Origin: Escherichia coli O22:H8
GTDB lineage: Bacteria > Pseudomonadota > Gammaproteobacteria > Enterobacterales > Enterobacteriaceae
Assembly: GCF_023518355.1 (NCBI RefSeq)
Contig: NZ_CP067431.1
Direction: 5' to 3' (one strand)
DNA: 24,000 nucleotides
How positions within the stretch are numbered: the stretch's first letter is position 1; every line of letters starts with the position of its first letter. The notes beneath the pieces were generated by a model. The model was not told the origin of the DNA, ran no database searches, and worked only from the letters and a program-made list of their open reading frames with translations. Shown piece after piece: positions 9,835-19,047 of the stretch. Position numbers and translations under genes: made by a program.

Positions 9835-10476
9835 CTATAGCGACAGGACGGACAGTGTCACCTTCCAGTCAGTAGCTAAACGATCTAAGGTGTTCCTGGA
9901 CAAACTGCAGGAGCCAACGTCTGAAATGATAAATAAGCGAGGGAATATCTGGTGCTGGAAGAGTTGAGATGACTGGCACATTGGTATAAATCTTGCCGTC
10001 ATTCTGATCAGTTTGTAACATTCTGTAATAATCACCATTGGCTGGCGATTTTTCTGTTCAGTAATGTAATTAACCTTATCTGATGCGCTGGCCACTATTC
10101 CATCAGCTGTACTGATGGCAGGCTCCCTGTTGAGGTCTGCCGCGAGCTGTCCGCCGGACTCAACGGGCTCTGCCACAATCCGGTTATGATAGCCTGGAAA
10201 CTGATCAAGGGTCAGGTCGATATAGTCCCTGGCAGGGGCGGCAATGACGTGGCCGTATCTGCCAGGACCATTATCCCACTGCATACCGACAATACAGGAG
10301 TACAGGTTGTTGCCGTCTTCCGTCAGATAATCAGTCAGCGTCTGGCTGGCCAGCTCGCTGCAACCGGCCGGGAAATCCTTCAGGTGATCATACCCGGCGG
10401 TGAGAGAAGCCTCACAGGAAGTCAGCTCCAGAGCATGTCGGAAGGCCTGCAGGCGGGTCCAGGTGTCCGCATTCAC
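9835..10476 (-). CDS. Hypothetical IncF plasmid protein, 213 aa, with a papain/transglutaminase-like Cys...His...Asp motif pattern
   Basis: Long ORF: DFPAGCSELASQTLTDYLTEDGNNLYSCIVGMQWDNGPGRYGHVIAAPARDYIDLTLDQFPGY. The order C / GH / IDLTxxQF resembles cysteine-peptidase-fold proteins. Confidence 0.6.
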   Translation of the reverse strand: MNADTWTRLQAFRHALELTSCEASLTAGYDHLKDFPAGCSELASQTLTDYLTEDGNNLYSCIVGMQWDNGPGRYGHVIAAPARDYIDLTLDQFPGYHNRIVAEPVESGGQLAADLNREPAISTADGIVASASDKVNYITEQKNRQPMVIITECYKLIRMTARFIPMCQSSQLFQHQIFPRLFIISDVGSCSLSRNTLDRLATDWKVTLSVLSL

Positions 10477-10623
10477 TTTTTCACCTTCCCGTCATGACGG
10501 GCCAGGGACTGAAGTTTACGGACGTCCTCCCGGGATCCTTTCAGCTCAGCTTTCGTATCCAGCAGCTGCGCCGCCAGCGGTCTTTTTCCCGGGAGCCGAC
10601 TTTCCTGGCACATATTCTTTTCG

Positions 10624-10652
10624 CAGTTATCCCCAGAATCTGTGGATAACTG
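10624..10652. promoter_or_regulatory. Inverted pair of DnaA-box-like sites (CAGTTATCC ... GGATAACTG)
   Basis: CAGTTATCCCCAGAATCTGTGGATAACTG: a 9-bp perfect inverted repeat, right arm within consensus TGTGGATAA (reverse complement TTATCCACA). Confidence 0.6.
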
Positions 10653-10863
10653 TTGCTCCTCTTTTGAGAGAGAAGGCTTTACTCACCGCCTGAATGCGGC
10701 AGATATGTCTGGACGATATATCTGCATACGCCGGTACTGCTTCGTCAGATTGCACGGCAGGTGAATTGCCGGGCTGGTACCATACCATATTTGCGCCGAA
10801 CCCGTCCGGGGCGGTGCCGATAACAGATGTTAAATGATTGGTCGTTTTTACATCTGTAAAAGC

Positions 10864-10898
10864 AACAGGGCCCCATGATTATATCATGGGGCCCTGTT
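10864..10898. repeat. Strong 15-bp perfect inverted repeat with 5-nt loop (possible terminator or cruciform)
   Basis: AACAGGGCCCCATGA TTATA TCATGGGGCCCTGTT. Confidence 0.85.
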
Positions 10899-11228
10899 AC
10901 TCTGATTCTTCGCAATAGATTGCTCTGAATTAGATGCGCCTTCTCCATTAGACTAACAGTTCTATATTATTTTACCATCTTTAAATGTGTAAGAGTTTTC
11001 TGTTTTTTATTGGTGTTTATCTGTATTTTTTGTTTTAGGAACGTTTTTGTAAGAATTATCTTTTATATTTGAGGTGATATCTTATTGTGGTTGTTGTAAT
11101 AGTTTAGAGTCGTAATAAATATGATTGTTCGCCACTTTAAATGAAGTTAATCTACTGGAGATGAAGTAACTTCATTAATGCGTCATAAAAATAAAAATTC
11201 CTGTTTTGGGAAATATGAATGTGTCTGT

Positions 11229-11251
11229 CCCCTCCTTCGGGAGGGTGTTTT
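11229..11251 (+). terminator. Rho-independent terminator on the + strand with no ORF immediately upstream
   Basis: CCCTCCTTCGGGAGGG followed by TGTTTTTT. Confidence 0.75.
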
Positions 11252-11372
11252 TTATCTGGAAACTGGTTTCTGGTTCTGATTTTTCTTTTTGTATTATAGC
11301 GAGTTACGCATATTTACCAATCGATGTCTGGCAAACAGAGTATGGCGATGGTGTGATTTGTGTTTATTGGTA

Positions 11373-11400
11373 AAAAAAACACCCCCGTAGTGGGGGTGTT
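11373..11400 (-). terminator. Rho-independent terminator on the minus strand, downstream of the small ORF at 11515-11682
   Basis: Minus-strand AACACCCCCACTACGGGGGTGTTTTTTTT hairpin plus T-tract. Confidence 0.8.
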
Positions 11401-11514
11401 GAAACTTCAACCTATGTACTCATTATCCTTGGATGGATGAGTAGCGTGCGATATTGAATCATATTCAGCAGGAATAATAATATTCGCAAAAAAATGGATG
11501 TGCAAGGAAATTTT

Positions 11515-11682
11515 TTATATGCTTTTGTGTGTGGTGGTTAGGTAATCAAGAGGATAAATGATGAAGTGTGCCAGTTCAGGATCAATGTTTCCATGGGAAA
11601 GCCATTTATTAATAATATCAATTAAGTTCGAAAGCTCAGGGAAGATTTGTTCAATGTTTTCCTCTGTCTCCCGCACAGTCAT
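11515..11682 (-). CDS. Small acidic hypothetical protein, 55 aa (MTVRETEENIEQIFPELSNLIDIINKWLSHGNIDPELAHFIIYPLDYLTTTHKSI)
   Basis: ATG at 11682 preceded by AAGGAG with about 10-nt spacing; rho-independent terminator downstream; start is internal to the listed 71-aa ORF. Confidence 0.5.
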   Translation of the reverse strand: MTVRETEENIEQIFPELSNLIDIINKWLSHGNIDPELAHFIIYPLDYLTTTHKSI

Positions 11683-12008
11683 ATAGCGACGTCTCCTTGG
11701 GGATTGAAAACAAAAACAATAATACAACAAGTATGAAACAGAAGGTAGGTGGCAGGGGCGGAACAGGAAAACGCATGAGGGCGCTTCCTGGGGGAGATGC
11801 CTGGTATCTTTAGGGTTCAGTTTTGAGATCGGGAATTTTTGTACATTAAGTGCATTATTTAATCAATTGAAACGCGTAATGGATTGATTTTATCAGCAAC
11901 TATCGCGTTTAAGTTGTCGATCATATTTGAGTTGTCTCATTAAGGTCGAATCCCCTGAAAGCGGCGTATAACGTAGGAGTTCCCCTCTATAGCAATAGGT
12001 AAGGCTGT

Positions 12009-12245
12009 TCAAAAAAGGCTTACCGTACAATAATTCGCTATATCCAGACGGCCCCCCTTGTCATACAAGCTCGTAAGCGGCCCTGACGGCCTGTCAATGC
12101 GGTACTGCCCTGTCGGGACTGCTCTACCCACATAAGTTTCTACATAGCTTGAAGCTGGATGGGGAGGTATTACGGCTTTAGCCGTAATACTTTCTTCGTC
12201 CTCGCAGCGCTGACAGTTTTCAGGGATCAAATTTAGGTCCGCCAT
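12009..12245 (-). CDS. Small hypothetical protein, 78 aa
   Basis: ORF with ACGGAG 3 nt upstream of the ATG; no recognised domain. Confidence 0.35.
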
Positions 12246-12590
12246 ACACTCCGTAAAGACTCTGTCAGTTCACAGGTATTACCTAGTGAAGACGTATCAT
12301 AAAATGAAAACTGTAGTTGGGTAGTTGCTCCCCCTCACGGCATGCAGGGGCTGAGGGGGAAAATTTCCTTATCTTGTTGTTGCTATTTCTGGCTTAGTCA
12401 GTTTTGAATTTTGCTTCCTAAGCAATAATCCCCTCACCGCAACAATCGTTCTTCTACACTAATAAGATCCGAAAAAAGGTAAAACCGGAACTTAATGAAA
12501 TTACGGAGAATTTGACTGATATCCACTACCCCATTCTTCCGGCGTGCTATCTATACAGGCTGGTACATCTCATTTAGTCCGGAGGTTGTT

Positions 12591-12881
12591 ATGGGCGTCA
12601 AAATCACAGGTTTAGACAAAATGCAGAAACAGCTAAAAGAGGTTGAGAGAGCAACGGAGGCCTTAAACGGAAGTTATGATGTTCGTTTTGATGCTAACGA
12701 TCCTAGCAGCATTGAGAACGCAATTCAGGAAGCCTACTCCATGGTGGACGAACGCGCTTCTGGTTATGCCACTAATCCTATGGTCAGTCCATTAATCGAA
12801 CACATGAAAGAAAATCTGCGCCAACAGATTCTGGACAGTGCAGAACAACAAAGACAGGAGAGCGGACAGGATGGCGATTGA
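12591..12881 (+). CDS. Small 96-aa protein, first gene of a coupled operon with the TIR-like gene
   Basis: Strong SD (CCGGAGG) upstream of ATG 12591; ORF MGVKITGLDKMQKQLKEVERATEALNGSYDVRFDANDPSSIENAIQEAY...; its stop overlaps the next start by 11 nt. The N-terminus (GLDKMQKQL) resembles small proteins found upstream of effector-like genes. Confidence 0.85.
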   Translation: MGVKITGLDKMQKQLKEVERATEALNGSYDVRFDANDPSSIENAIQEAYSMVDERASGYATNPMVSPLIEHMKENLRQQILDSAEQQRQESGQDGD

Positions 12882-13770
12882 TATCTTTCAGTCACTTAAA
12901 AATTGCGTATTCGACCTTCAGCGCGCTGACGTTCAGAACTATCAGCAACCTCTTAAGCAATTGGCCCGGCTCTTGAACTCAGAGAATCTGCAGTCAGTTA
13001 ATGCACATCTGACCCGCAATGTTGAACTTGATACCTTTCTGGCCAGGAGTGAAGATACTGAATCCAGCATGGCTGGTTCCGCTGTTCTACAGTGGCCTGA
13101 TGAGCCCGCTGATATTTTGGGCCTGAAGTTGCTGCTGATCGAGAAAATGGCAGACGATAACAATTTTTCCTTTAATTTCTGTCATACATTTTTCTATGAT
13201 CGAAACATTATTGAATCCATTCGAAAATTCACGTCGTCATTAGTTGCCCCGTTCGTGCGCGATTACCAGTTGTATGTGGAAAACCAACACGATCCTGAGC
13301 CTGCAGTGTTTCGGCCGGTTTCCCGAAAAATTTTTATTGTTCATGGCCATGATAATGATGCCCTTCAGTCTGTTGCCCGTTTTATATCCCGGATAGGTCT
13401 TGAGGAAATCATTCTTTCAGAACGTCCTGACGGCTCCAGGACGATTATCGAGAAATTTGAAGCGGAGTCAGGGGATGTCAGTTTTGCCATCGTGCTGATG
13501 ACGCCCGACGATAGCGGCAGTGCTCTGGCATCTGAAAGCACACGTCTCCGCGCACGCCAGAATGTCCTGTATGAGCTCGGATATTTCGCCGGGAAGCTTG
13601 GACGCGGGAAAGTACTTGTACTCAGGAAGGGAGATATCGAAATCCCTTCAGATCTTGCCGGGGTTCTCTATACCGAGCTTGATGAGCATGGTGGATGGAA
13701 ACGCAAACTGCTGAGTGAGCTTGCGTATGCCGGTGTTCCTTTTGACAAGGATAAAGCATTAAGCGCCTGA
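12871..13770 (+). CDS. TIR-like (CAP12/Pycsar-effector-type, PF10137-like) predicted nucleotide-binding/NADase protein, candidate anti-phage effector, 299 aa
   Basis: C-terminal domain: RKIFIVHGHDNDALQSVARFISRIGLEEIILSERPDGSRTIIEKFEAESGDVSFAIVLMTPDDSG...RARQNVLYELGYFAGKLGRGKVLVLRKGDIEIPSDLAGVLYTELDEHGGWKRKLLSELAYAG. ATG 12871 has GGAG about 10 nt upstream. Confidence 0.88.
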   Translation: MAIDIFQSLKNCVFDLQRADVQNYQQPLKQLARLLNSENLQSVNAHLTRNVELDTFLARSEDTESSMAGSAVLQWPDEPADILGLKLLLIEKMADDNNFSFNFCHTFFYDRNIIESIRKFTSSLVAPFVRDYQLYVENQHDPEPAVFRPVSRKIFIVHGHDNDALQSVARFISRIGLEEIILSERPDGSRTIIEKFEAESGDVSFAIVLMTPDDSGSALASESTRLRARQNVLYELGYFAGKLGRGKVLVLRKGDIEIPSDLAGVLYTELDEHGGWKRKLLSELAYAGVPFDKDKALSA

Positions 13771-13791
13771 TCCCCTTCATTTAGTAAGAAA

Positions 13792-13815
13792 AAGGCCGCT
13801 AAGCGGCCTTAATTT
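13792..13815. terminator. Bidirectional hairpin terminator between the TIR gene and convergent pifA
   Basis: AAGGCCGCTAAGCGGCCTT with flanking A- and T-rich tracts. Confidence 0.8.
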
Positions 13816-13819
13816 TTGG

Positions 13820-16045
13820 TCAGTCGTCATTTTCCAGCGCTGTTTTGAGCGCTTCCTGCTCCGGAGTCAGCTCGTTGCCGGACAGCATAACCTTCAACTT
13901 CTCTTCGACTGCTGGCCAGTCATCAAAGAACGGACTGACCTGGTCACGCGCAATCCGGCGATATGCCCCTCGGTGGGAGCTGAAGACACTGGTCTGTAAT
14001 CGTATCAACAGGTTAACAAGGCCTTCATCAGTGGTAGTAACTTCTCTGACCCATTGCTTCACGGTTTCACCTGAACTCATGTCTCTCCAGGCGTAGAGAT
14101 ACCCGAGAAGAGACTTGCGCAGGAGAAGCTGTTGCTGAAGTTCTGGTTGATTCATACGTTCCGCAAACCTGTCACGCAACCATTCCGTAATATCGCGACT
14201 GAAAAGAGCGTCTGAAGGCGAAGGTACTGCATTCTGAGCAAGTCCATGTTCCCAGATAAGATCCCGCATAAAATCGGCTATCCAGAACGGCGAAGCACCC
14301 GTAACGATCAGTTTTTCCATAAGCGTGATCGTTCTGGTCTCATCAATATCCTGCATATGCTTCAGCAGATGCCGTACAACCTCATTAATGGCCATTTCAC
14401 GCAGGGAAAACCATGGGTTACGGATACTGAAGCGAGTGCTCACCTCATCGGTGTGATCGAAGAAAAAATGAACCAGTCCTGCGCACTCTTCGAAATTACG
14501 TTCTCTTATCAGGCCTGGAGTCAGTCTGCTCAGTATATGTTCAAACCAGGTTCCGGACAGACTGCCCACACTGTTGATTTTTGAGAGCAGCAATTCAGAA
14601 AGCTGCTGCTGTTTTTCCGATACGCCAGCCTGCTCAAAAAGCTGTCTGAAGAATTCAGGTGGCAGAACATTCTGTGGTGAGGAGAAGGCAAAATAATATC
14701 GCCAGTGCGTCAGGCTGCTGAGTCGTTTACCGGTCGTCTGGATATGACGAAAATCCTCACTGACGGGCTCAAAAAGATTCAGATATTCATCATTATGTCC
14801 ACTGATACCTGGGATCCAGTCTGCAAGTGTCAGAAACGAGTCTGCATTTGATGCCCTGAACGTCTTCATACATCTGATAAGCCCCTCCCGGAAGTCTGCT
14901 TTCTCTCCGTCAGAAAGCATACCCTGACCGGCTTCAATCACGGACCGTTCTGTCAGGTAATGCTCTGTCCAGTCATACAGAGCCGGGTTTGTCACCCGTA
15001 TAAGCTGAAGCAGGCACAAATCAGGGAAATAAACAAAATCCCGCATCCCCGGATAAAGAAAAATCAGGGAATTAATGGCCTGATGGATTTCCCGTGGCGT
15101 CGAAAGTGCGGCACCATAGGTATCAGTCACCGCGATGAGATCCCTTACCATTCCAGAGTCTGGCGGTTGATTATTAATTTGCTGATATAGAGCCTCAGCC
15201 CGCTGGCGAAATTCATTACGTAAATCAAAGGCTTCAGGTCGGGGTAATTTAAAACTAAGCTGAATGATTTTCTGGAGATAACGGCTGCCATCTTCGATAT
15301 TCAGCGCATGTTCAACGGCATGAGTGATAATCTGCCTGTCATAACAGAGAATATGGGTAAAGCGGGGCAGATCGGCTACTGCACGCACAAGCCTGAACAC
15401 TTCCGCCACCTGGGATGGCTCCAGTCGGTCCAGATCATCCATGACAACAATGAACTTCAGATCCAGACTCACCAGTTGTCCTGCAATTTCAGCCCGAAGC
15501 TTTGTCGTGGTTTTCTGATCAACAGCCAGACGGCTGTCTGAAAATACCTTTATTCCGCCTGCTATCCAGTTAATAATGCTGGAAAACTGTCCGATATATT
15601 GAACCAGTGGAAGGACGCGCGATGAAGTATCCTGAGCATACTCAATCACTTTTTGAGCTTCCGGTGACAACAGATATTTACGCCAGAGCTTTTTGAAGCC
15701 CTTCGGGGGATAGCGTATTTCCATTTCCTGCTGGATAACCGTGGCAACCGGAAGAAAGAGCGCTTCAACCGGACTGCCGCCACTCAGCCAGGGAGAAATA
15801 TGCAGCACATGCGTGTGAGCATCTTTTTTCAGGGCAAGGTTTCTCAGGATCAGATTAAGGAGGCTTGTTTTACCCGATCCCCATGCACCTTCTATTCCGA
15901 CAACATTTGAAGCCTCCAGAGGAAGAGTAAGGATGGAACGGGATATATTTTCTGCGATATTACCGAAACCGTATCGATCCTCAGGTACATCTTCAACTGC
16001 CGCATCAAGCCCTTTCTGGTTCCACAGCTGCCTCAGTATCTTCAT
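13820..16045 (-). CDS. pifA: PifA-like KAP family P-loop NTPase, F-type phage T7 exclusion protein, 741 aa
   Basis: Walker A GIEGAWGSGKTSLLN, Walker B-like FIVVMDDLDRLEP (KAP signature), position directly downstream of pifC as in F. Confidence 0.9.
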   Translation of the reverse strand: MKILRQLWNQKGLDAAVEDVPEDRYGFGNIAENISRSILTLPLEASNVVGIEGAWGSGKTSLLNLILRNLALKKDAHTHVLHISPWLSGGSPVEALFLPVATVIQQEMEIRYPPKGFKKLWRKYLLSPEAQKVIEYAQDTSSRVLPLVQYIGQFSSIINWIAGGIKVFSDSRLAVDQKTTTKLRAEIAGQLVSLDLKFIVVMDDLDRLEPSQVAEVFRLVRAVADLPRFTHILCYDRQIITHAVEHALNIEDGSRYLQKIIQLSFKLPRPEAFDLRNEFRQRAEALYQQINNQPPDSGMVRDLIAVTDTYGAALSTPREIHQAINSLIFLYPGMRDFVYFPDLCLLQLIRVTNPALYDWTEHYLTERSVIEAGQGMLSDGEKADFREGLIRCMKTFRASNADSFLTLADWIPGISGHNDEYLNLFEPVSEDFRHIQTTGKRLSSLTHWRYYFAFSSPQNVLPPEFFRQLFEQAGVSEKQQQLSELLLSKINSVGSLSGTWFEHILSRLTPGLIRERNFEECAGLVHFFFDHTDEVSTRFSIRNPWFSLREMAINEVVRHLLKHMQDIDETRTITLMEKLIVTGASPFWIADFMRDLIWEHGLAQNAVPSPSDALFSRDITEWLRDRFAERMNQPELQQQLLLRKSLLGYLYAWRDMSSGETVKQWVREVTTTDEGLVNLLIRLQTSVFSSHRGAYRRIARDQVSPFFDDWPAVEEKLKVMLSGNELTPEQEALKTALENDD

Positions 16046-16046
16046 A

Positions 16047-17150
16047 TTACAGATCTCCGTACAGGCAGCGCAGCCCGGTCAGGGCCTCCGCCAGCGGGCC
16101 TTCTTGACACCGCGTGGCGAGCTCCCGGACCAGCGTCTCAAAGGCCTCCGCCGGCATAAAAATCCGCAGGCCGTCTATCCCGAAGAAGCCCTCCGGCGTG
16201 ACGTTTCCGGGCGGGGAGAACATCACTCGCTCCCCCTGGTGACCGTGCGTCAGGGCTTCCGGATGCCGGGCATACAGCGTGAACAGGCCCAGCAGTTCGG
16301 ATAACGCTTCCCAGCCGTACGGCACCACGAAGTCCTGGCCGGTGATCAGCAGGTGCAGACGGGGTGTGGTGTACCAGGCCCCCGGGCGTTCTCCGGGGTG
16401 CTGGCCGTCAACGCGGATCTCCAGGCGCAGCGTGCCGGCCTCAATGGTTTCCGTGACGGCAGAAATAACCGGGCGCAGCTCCTGTGCCAGCGTTCTTGCC
16501 TGTTCTGTGTTCCAGTCCAGGCCGCGCAGCATCAACGGGAAAACAGCTTTCAGCCGCGGCAGGGTGAAGATTTCTGCCAGCACCGCGTCCGGCACCTCCG
16601 CTAGGCCAAAACAGTCGCTCTCGAGCGGACGCAGGAGGTGTTCGGCATACATCTGATCCACCACGGGGCGCAGCGCTGCCCGGAAGGCTTCAAACTCTTC
16701 CGTCCAGTTTTTCCCGGCCAGGCGGAAAATCCCCTTCAGGTAGTGACCGTCCACAGGGCGATCGTGCTCCACCTGCCAGGCCAGCAGGTTGCCAGTGATG
16801 TCCAGCAGCGTGTCCAGGGCCGGGAGTGTGGCCAGCCTATTATGCCCGCGTAGGAAGGCCTCCCTGACGTGAACCAGGACAAAGCGCAGTTCGTCGCGGG
16901 AGAGCGCTGACGTGCCGAAGGTCTGGCCCAGAATGATATGCCGGTACAGCTGCCGGACCGTGGCCTCCGGATCGGCAATGAGCTGAAAATACCCGTCACC
17001 GGGCGCGACCGTTTTCAGGCCGTCATCGAGGAAGCGTTCGGCTAGGGCGTTGACCGAAGTATTTTCCCGACTGGCACGCGTTTTCAGCGCCTCGATAAGT
17101 TTTTTGTGAAAACGCAGGTTAAGCTGGCTTAGCATCATCGATCCTTTCAT
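16047..17150 (-). CDS. pifC: PifC (RepC) transcriptional repressor of the pif operon, ori-1 associated
   Basis: Sequence MMLSQLNLRFHKKLIEALKTRASRENTSVNALAERFLDDGL... with an N-terminal RHH-like segment; upstream of pifA and adjacent to ccd as in F. True start may be the internal Met pair. Confidence 0.88.
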   Translation of the reverse strand: MKGSMMLSQLNLRFHKKLIEALKTRASRENTSVNALAERFLDDGLKTVAPGDGYFQLIADPEATVRQLYRHIILGQTFGTSALSRDELRFVLVHVREAFLRGHNRLATLPALDTLLDITGNLLAWQVEHDRPVDGHYLKGIFRLAGKNWTEEFEAFRAALRPVVDQMYAEHLLRPLESDCFGLAEVPDAVLAEIFTLPRLKAVFPLMLRGLDWNTEQARTLAQELRPVISAVTETIEAGTLRLEIRVDGQHPGERPGAWYTTPRLHLLITGQDFVVPYGWEALSELLGLFTLYARHPEALTHGHQGERVMFSPPGNVTPEGFFGIDGLRIFMPAEAFETLVRELATRCQEGPLAEALTGLRCLYGDL

Positions 17151-17165
17151 GTTTGTTTTTTTCTT

Positions 17166-17182
17166 AATGCTAACCTAGCATT
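17166..17182. promoter_or_regulatory. Palindromic operator candidate (pifO-like) just upstream of pifC
   Basis: AATGCTA ACC TAGCATT perfect inverted repeat next to an AT-rich promoter region. Confidence 0.6.
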
Positions 17183-17714
17183 TTATTATTAGCTATTAAT
17201 CAGTTTTTTAGTTTTTGAAAATTGTGATGCTTCTAAAATTACTAAAATTGAGGATTTTAATGCTACAACAATGCCTGCCTCTTCTTATTTCTCCGGAGAT
17301 CCGAAAACCCCAAGTTACGGATCTTCCTCTCCCTCCGCACAGCGTTACATCCCGTCAGCACAGCATGTAGTGCCTCATACAGTTGCCCATGGCACTATAT
17401 GTTGTGTTGTATCTCTGGACTGTGATGCGCCGCGCAGGGGCGGAAAACAGCGATATGATGATTTTCTCAGCGTTGTACACTTCCGGAAAGTCGTTTATTC
17501 AAATAAAGTCGGATCCATACGAAACGGGAATGCGGTAATTACGCTTTGTTTTTATAAGTCAGATTTTAATTTTTATTGGTTAACATAACGAAAGGTAAAA
17601 TACATAAGGCTTACTAAAAGCCAGATAACAGTATGCGTATTTGCGCGCTGATTTTTGCGGCATAAGAATATATACTGATATGTATACCCGAAGTATGTCA
17701 AAAAGAGGTGTGCT

Positions 17715-18240
<526 letters not shown>

Positions 18241-19047
18241 ATGTCAGGCTCCGTTATACACAGCCAGTCTGCAGTCATGGTACCGGCAGTGTATTCTGCC
18301 GGGCAGCCTGCATCGCTGCCTGTTGCCATTGATTATCCGGCAGCTCTGGCACTTCGCCAGATGTCGATGGTCCATGATGAACTGCCAAAATATCTGCTGG
18401 CTCCGGAAGTGAGTGCCCTGCTCCATTACGTCCCGGATCTGCACCGCAAGATGCTGTTGGCCACACTGTGGAACACCGGAGCACGCATTAATGAAGCACT
18501 GGCGCTGACGCGGGGGGATTTTTCGCTTGCGCCTCCGTATCCGTTTGTGCAGCTTGCGACCCTGAAACAACGGACCGAAAAAGCTGCCAGGACGGCGGGG
18601 AGAATGCCCGCCGGTCAGCAGACTCACCGGCTGGTTCCGCTCTCTGACTCCTGGTACGTCAGTCAGCTGCAGACGATGGTGGCAACACTGAAAATACCCA
18701 TGGAGCGGCGTAACCGTCGCACAGGAAGGACAGAGAAAGCGCGGATCTGGGAAGTGACGGACAGAACGGTCAGGACCTGGATTGGGGAGGCGGTTGCCGC
18801 CGCTGCTGCTGACGGTGTGACGTTCTCTGTTCCGGTCACACCACATACGTTCCGCCATTCCTATGCGATGCACATGCTGTATGCCGGTATACCGCTGAAA
18901 GTTCTGTAAAGCCTGATGGGACATAAGTCCATCAGTTCAACGGAAGTCTACACGAAGGTTTTTGCGCTGGATGTGGCTGCCCGGCACCGGGTGCAGTTTG
19001 CGATGCCGGAGTCTGATGCGGTTGCGATGCTGAAACAATTATCCTGA
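18241..19047 (+). pseudogene. resD: ResD site-specific recombinase (protein D) with an in-frame nonsense codon TAA at 18907-18909 (Q223stop)
   Basis: N-terminal 222 aa match ResD; after CTG TAA the same frame continues SLMGHKSISSTEVYTKVFALDVAARHRVQFAMPESDAVAMLKQLS to TGA 19045-19047, giving the expected 268-aa length. Confidence 0.93.

Noticed and set aside
9275-9967. Overlapping ORFs 9275..9535, 9317..9778 and 9539..9967
   Set aside because: Opposite-strand ORFs overlap each other and the GATC array and 50-bp element; none has a recognised domain. 9539..9967 (+) remains possible but is not supported enough to call.
12942-13163. Minus-strand ORF inside the TIR-like gene, considered as an embedded antitoxin
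   Set aside because: No ribosome-binding site, low-complexity Ser/Arg-rich translation, typical antisense shadow.
13845-15541. Plus-strand ORFs within pifA (13845..14096, 14246..14584, 14960..15190, 15308..15541)
   Set aside because: Antisense shadows of a strongly supported KAP NTPase.
17271-17588. 105-aa ORF between pifC and ccdA
   Set aside because: Lies in the ori-1/ccd promoter region; low-complexity translation without domain similarity.
18244-18924. 226-aa minus-strand ORF opposite resD
   Set aside because: Antisense shadow; long only because of codon bias in resD.
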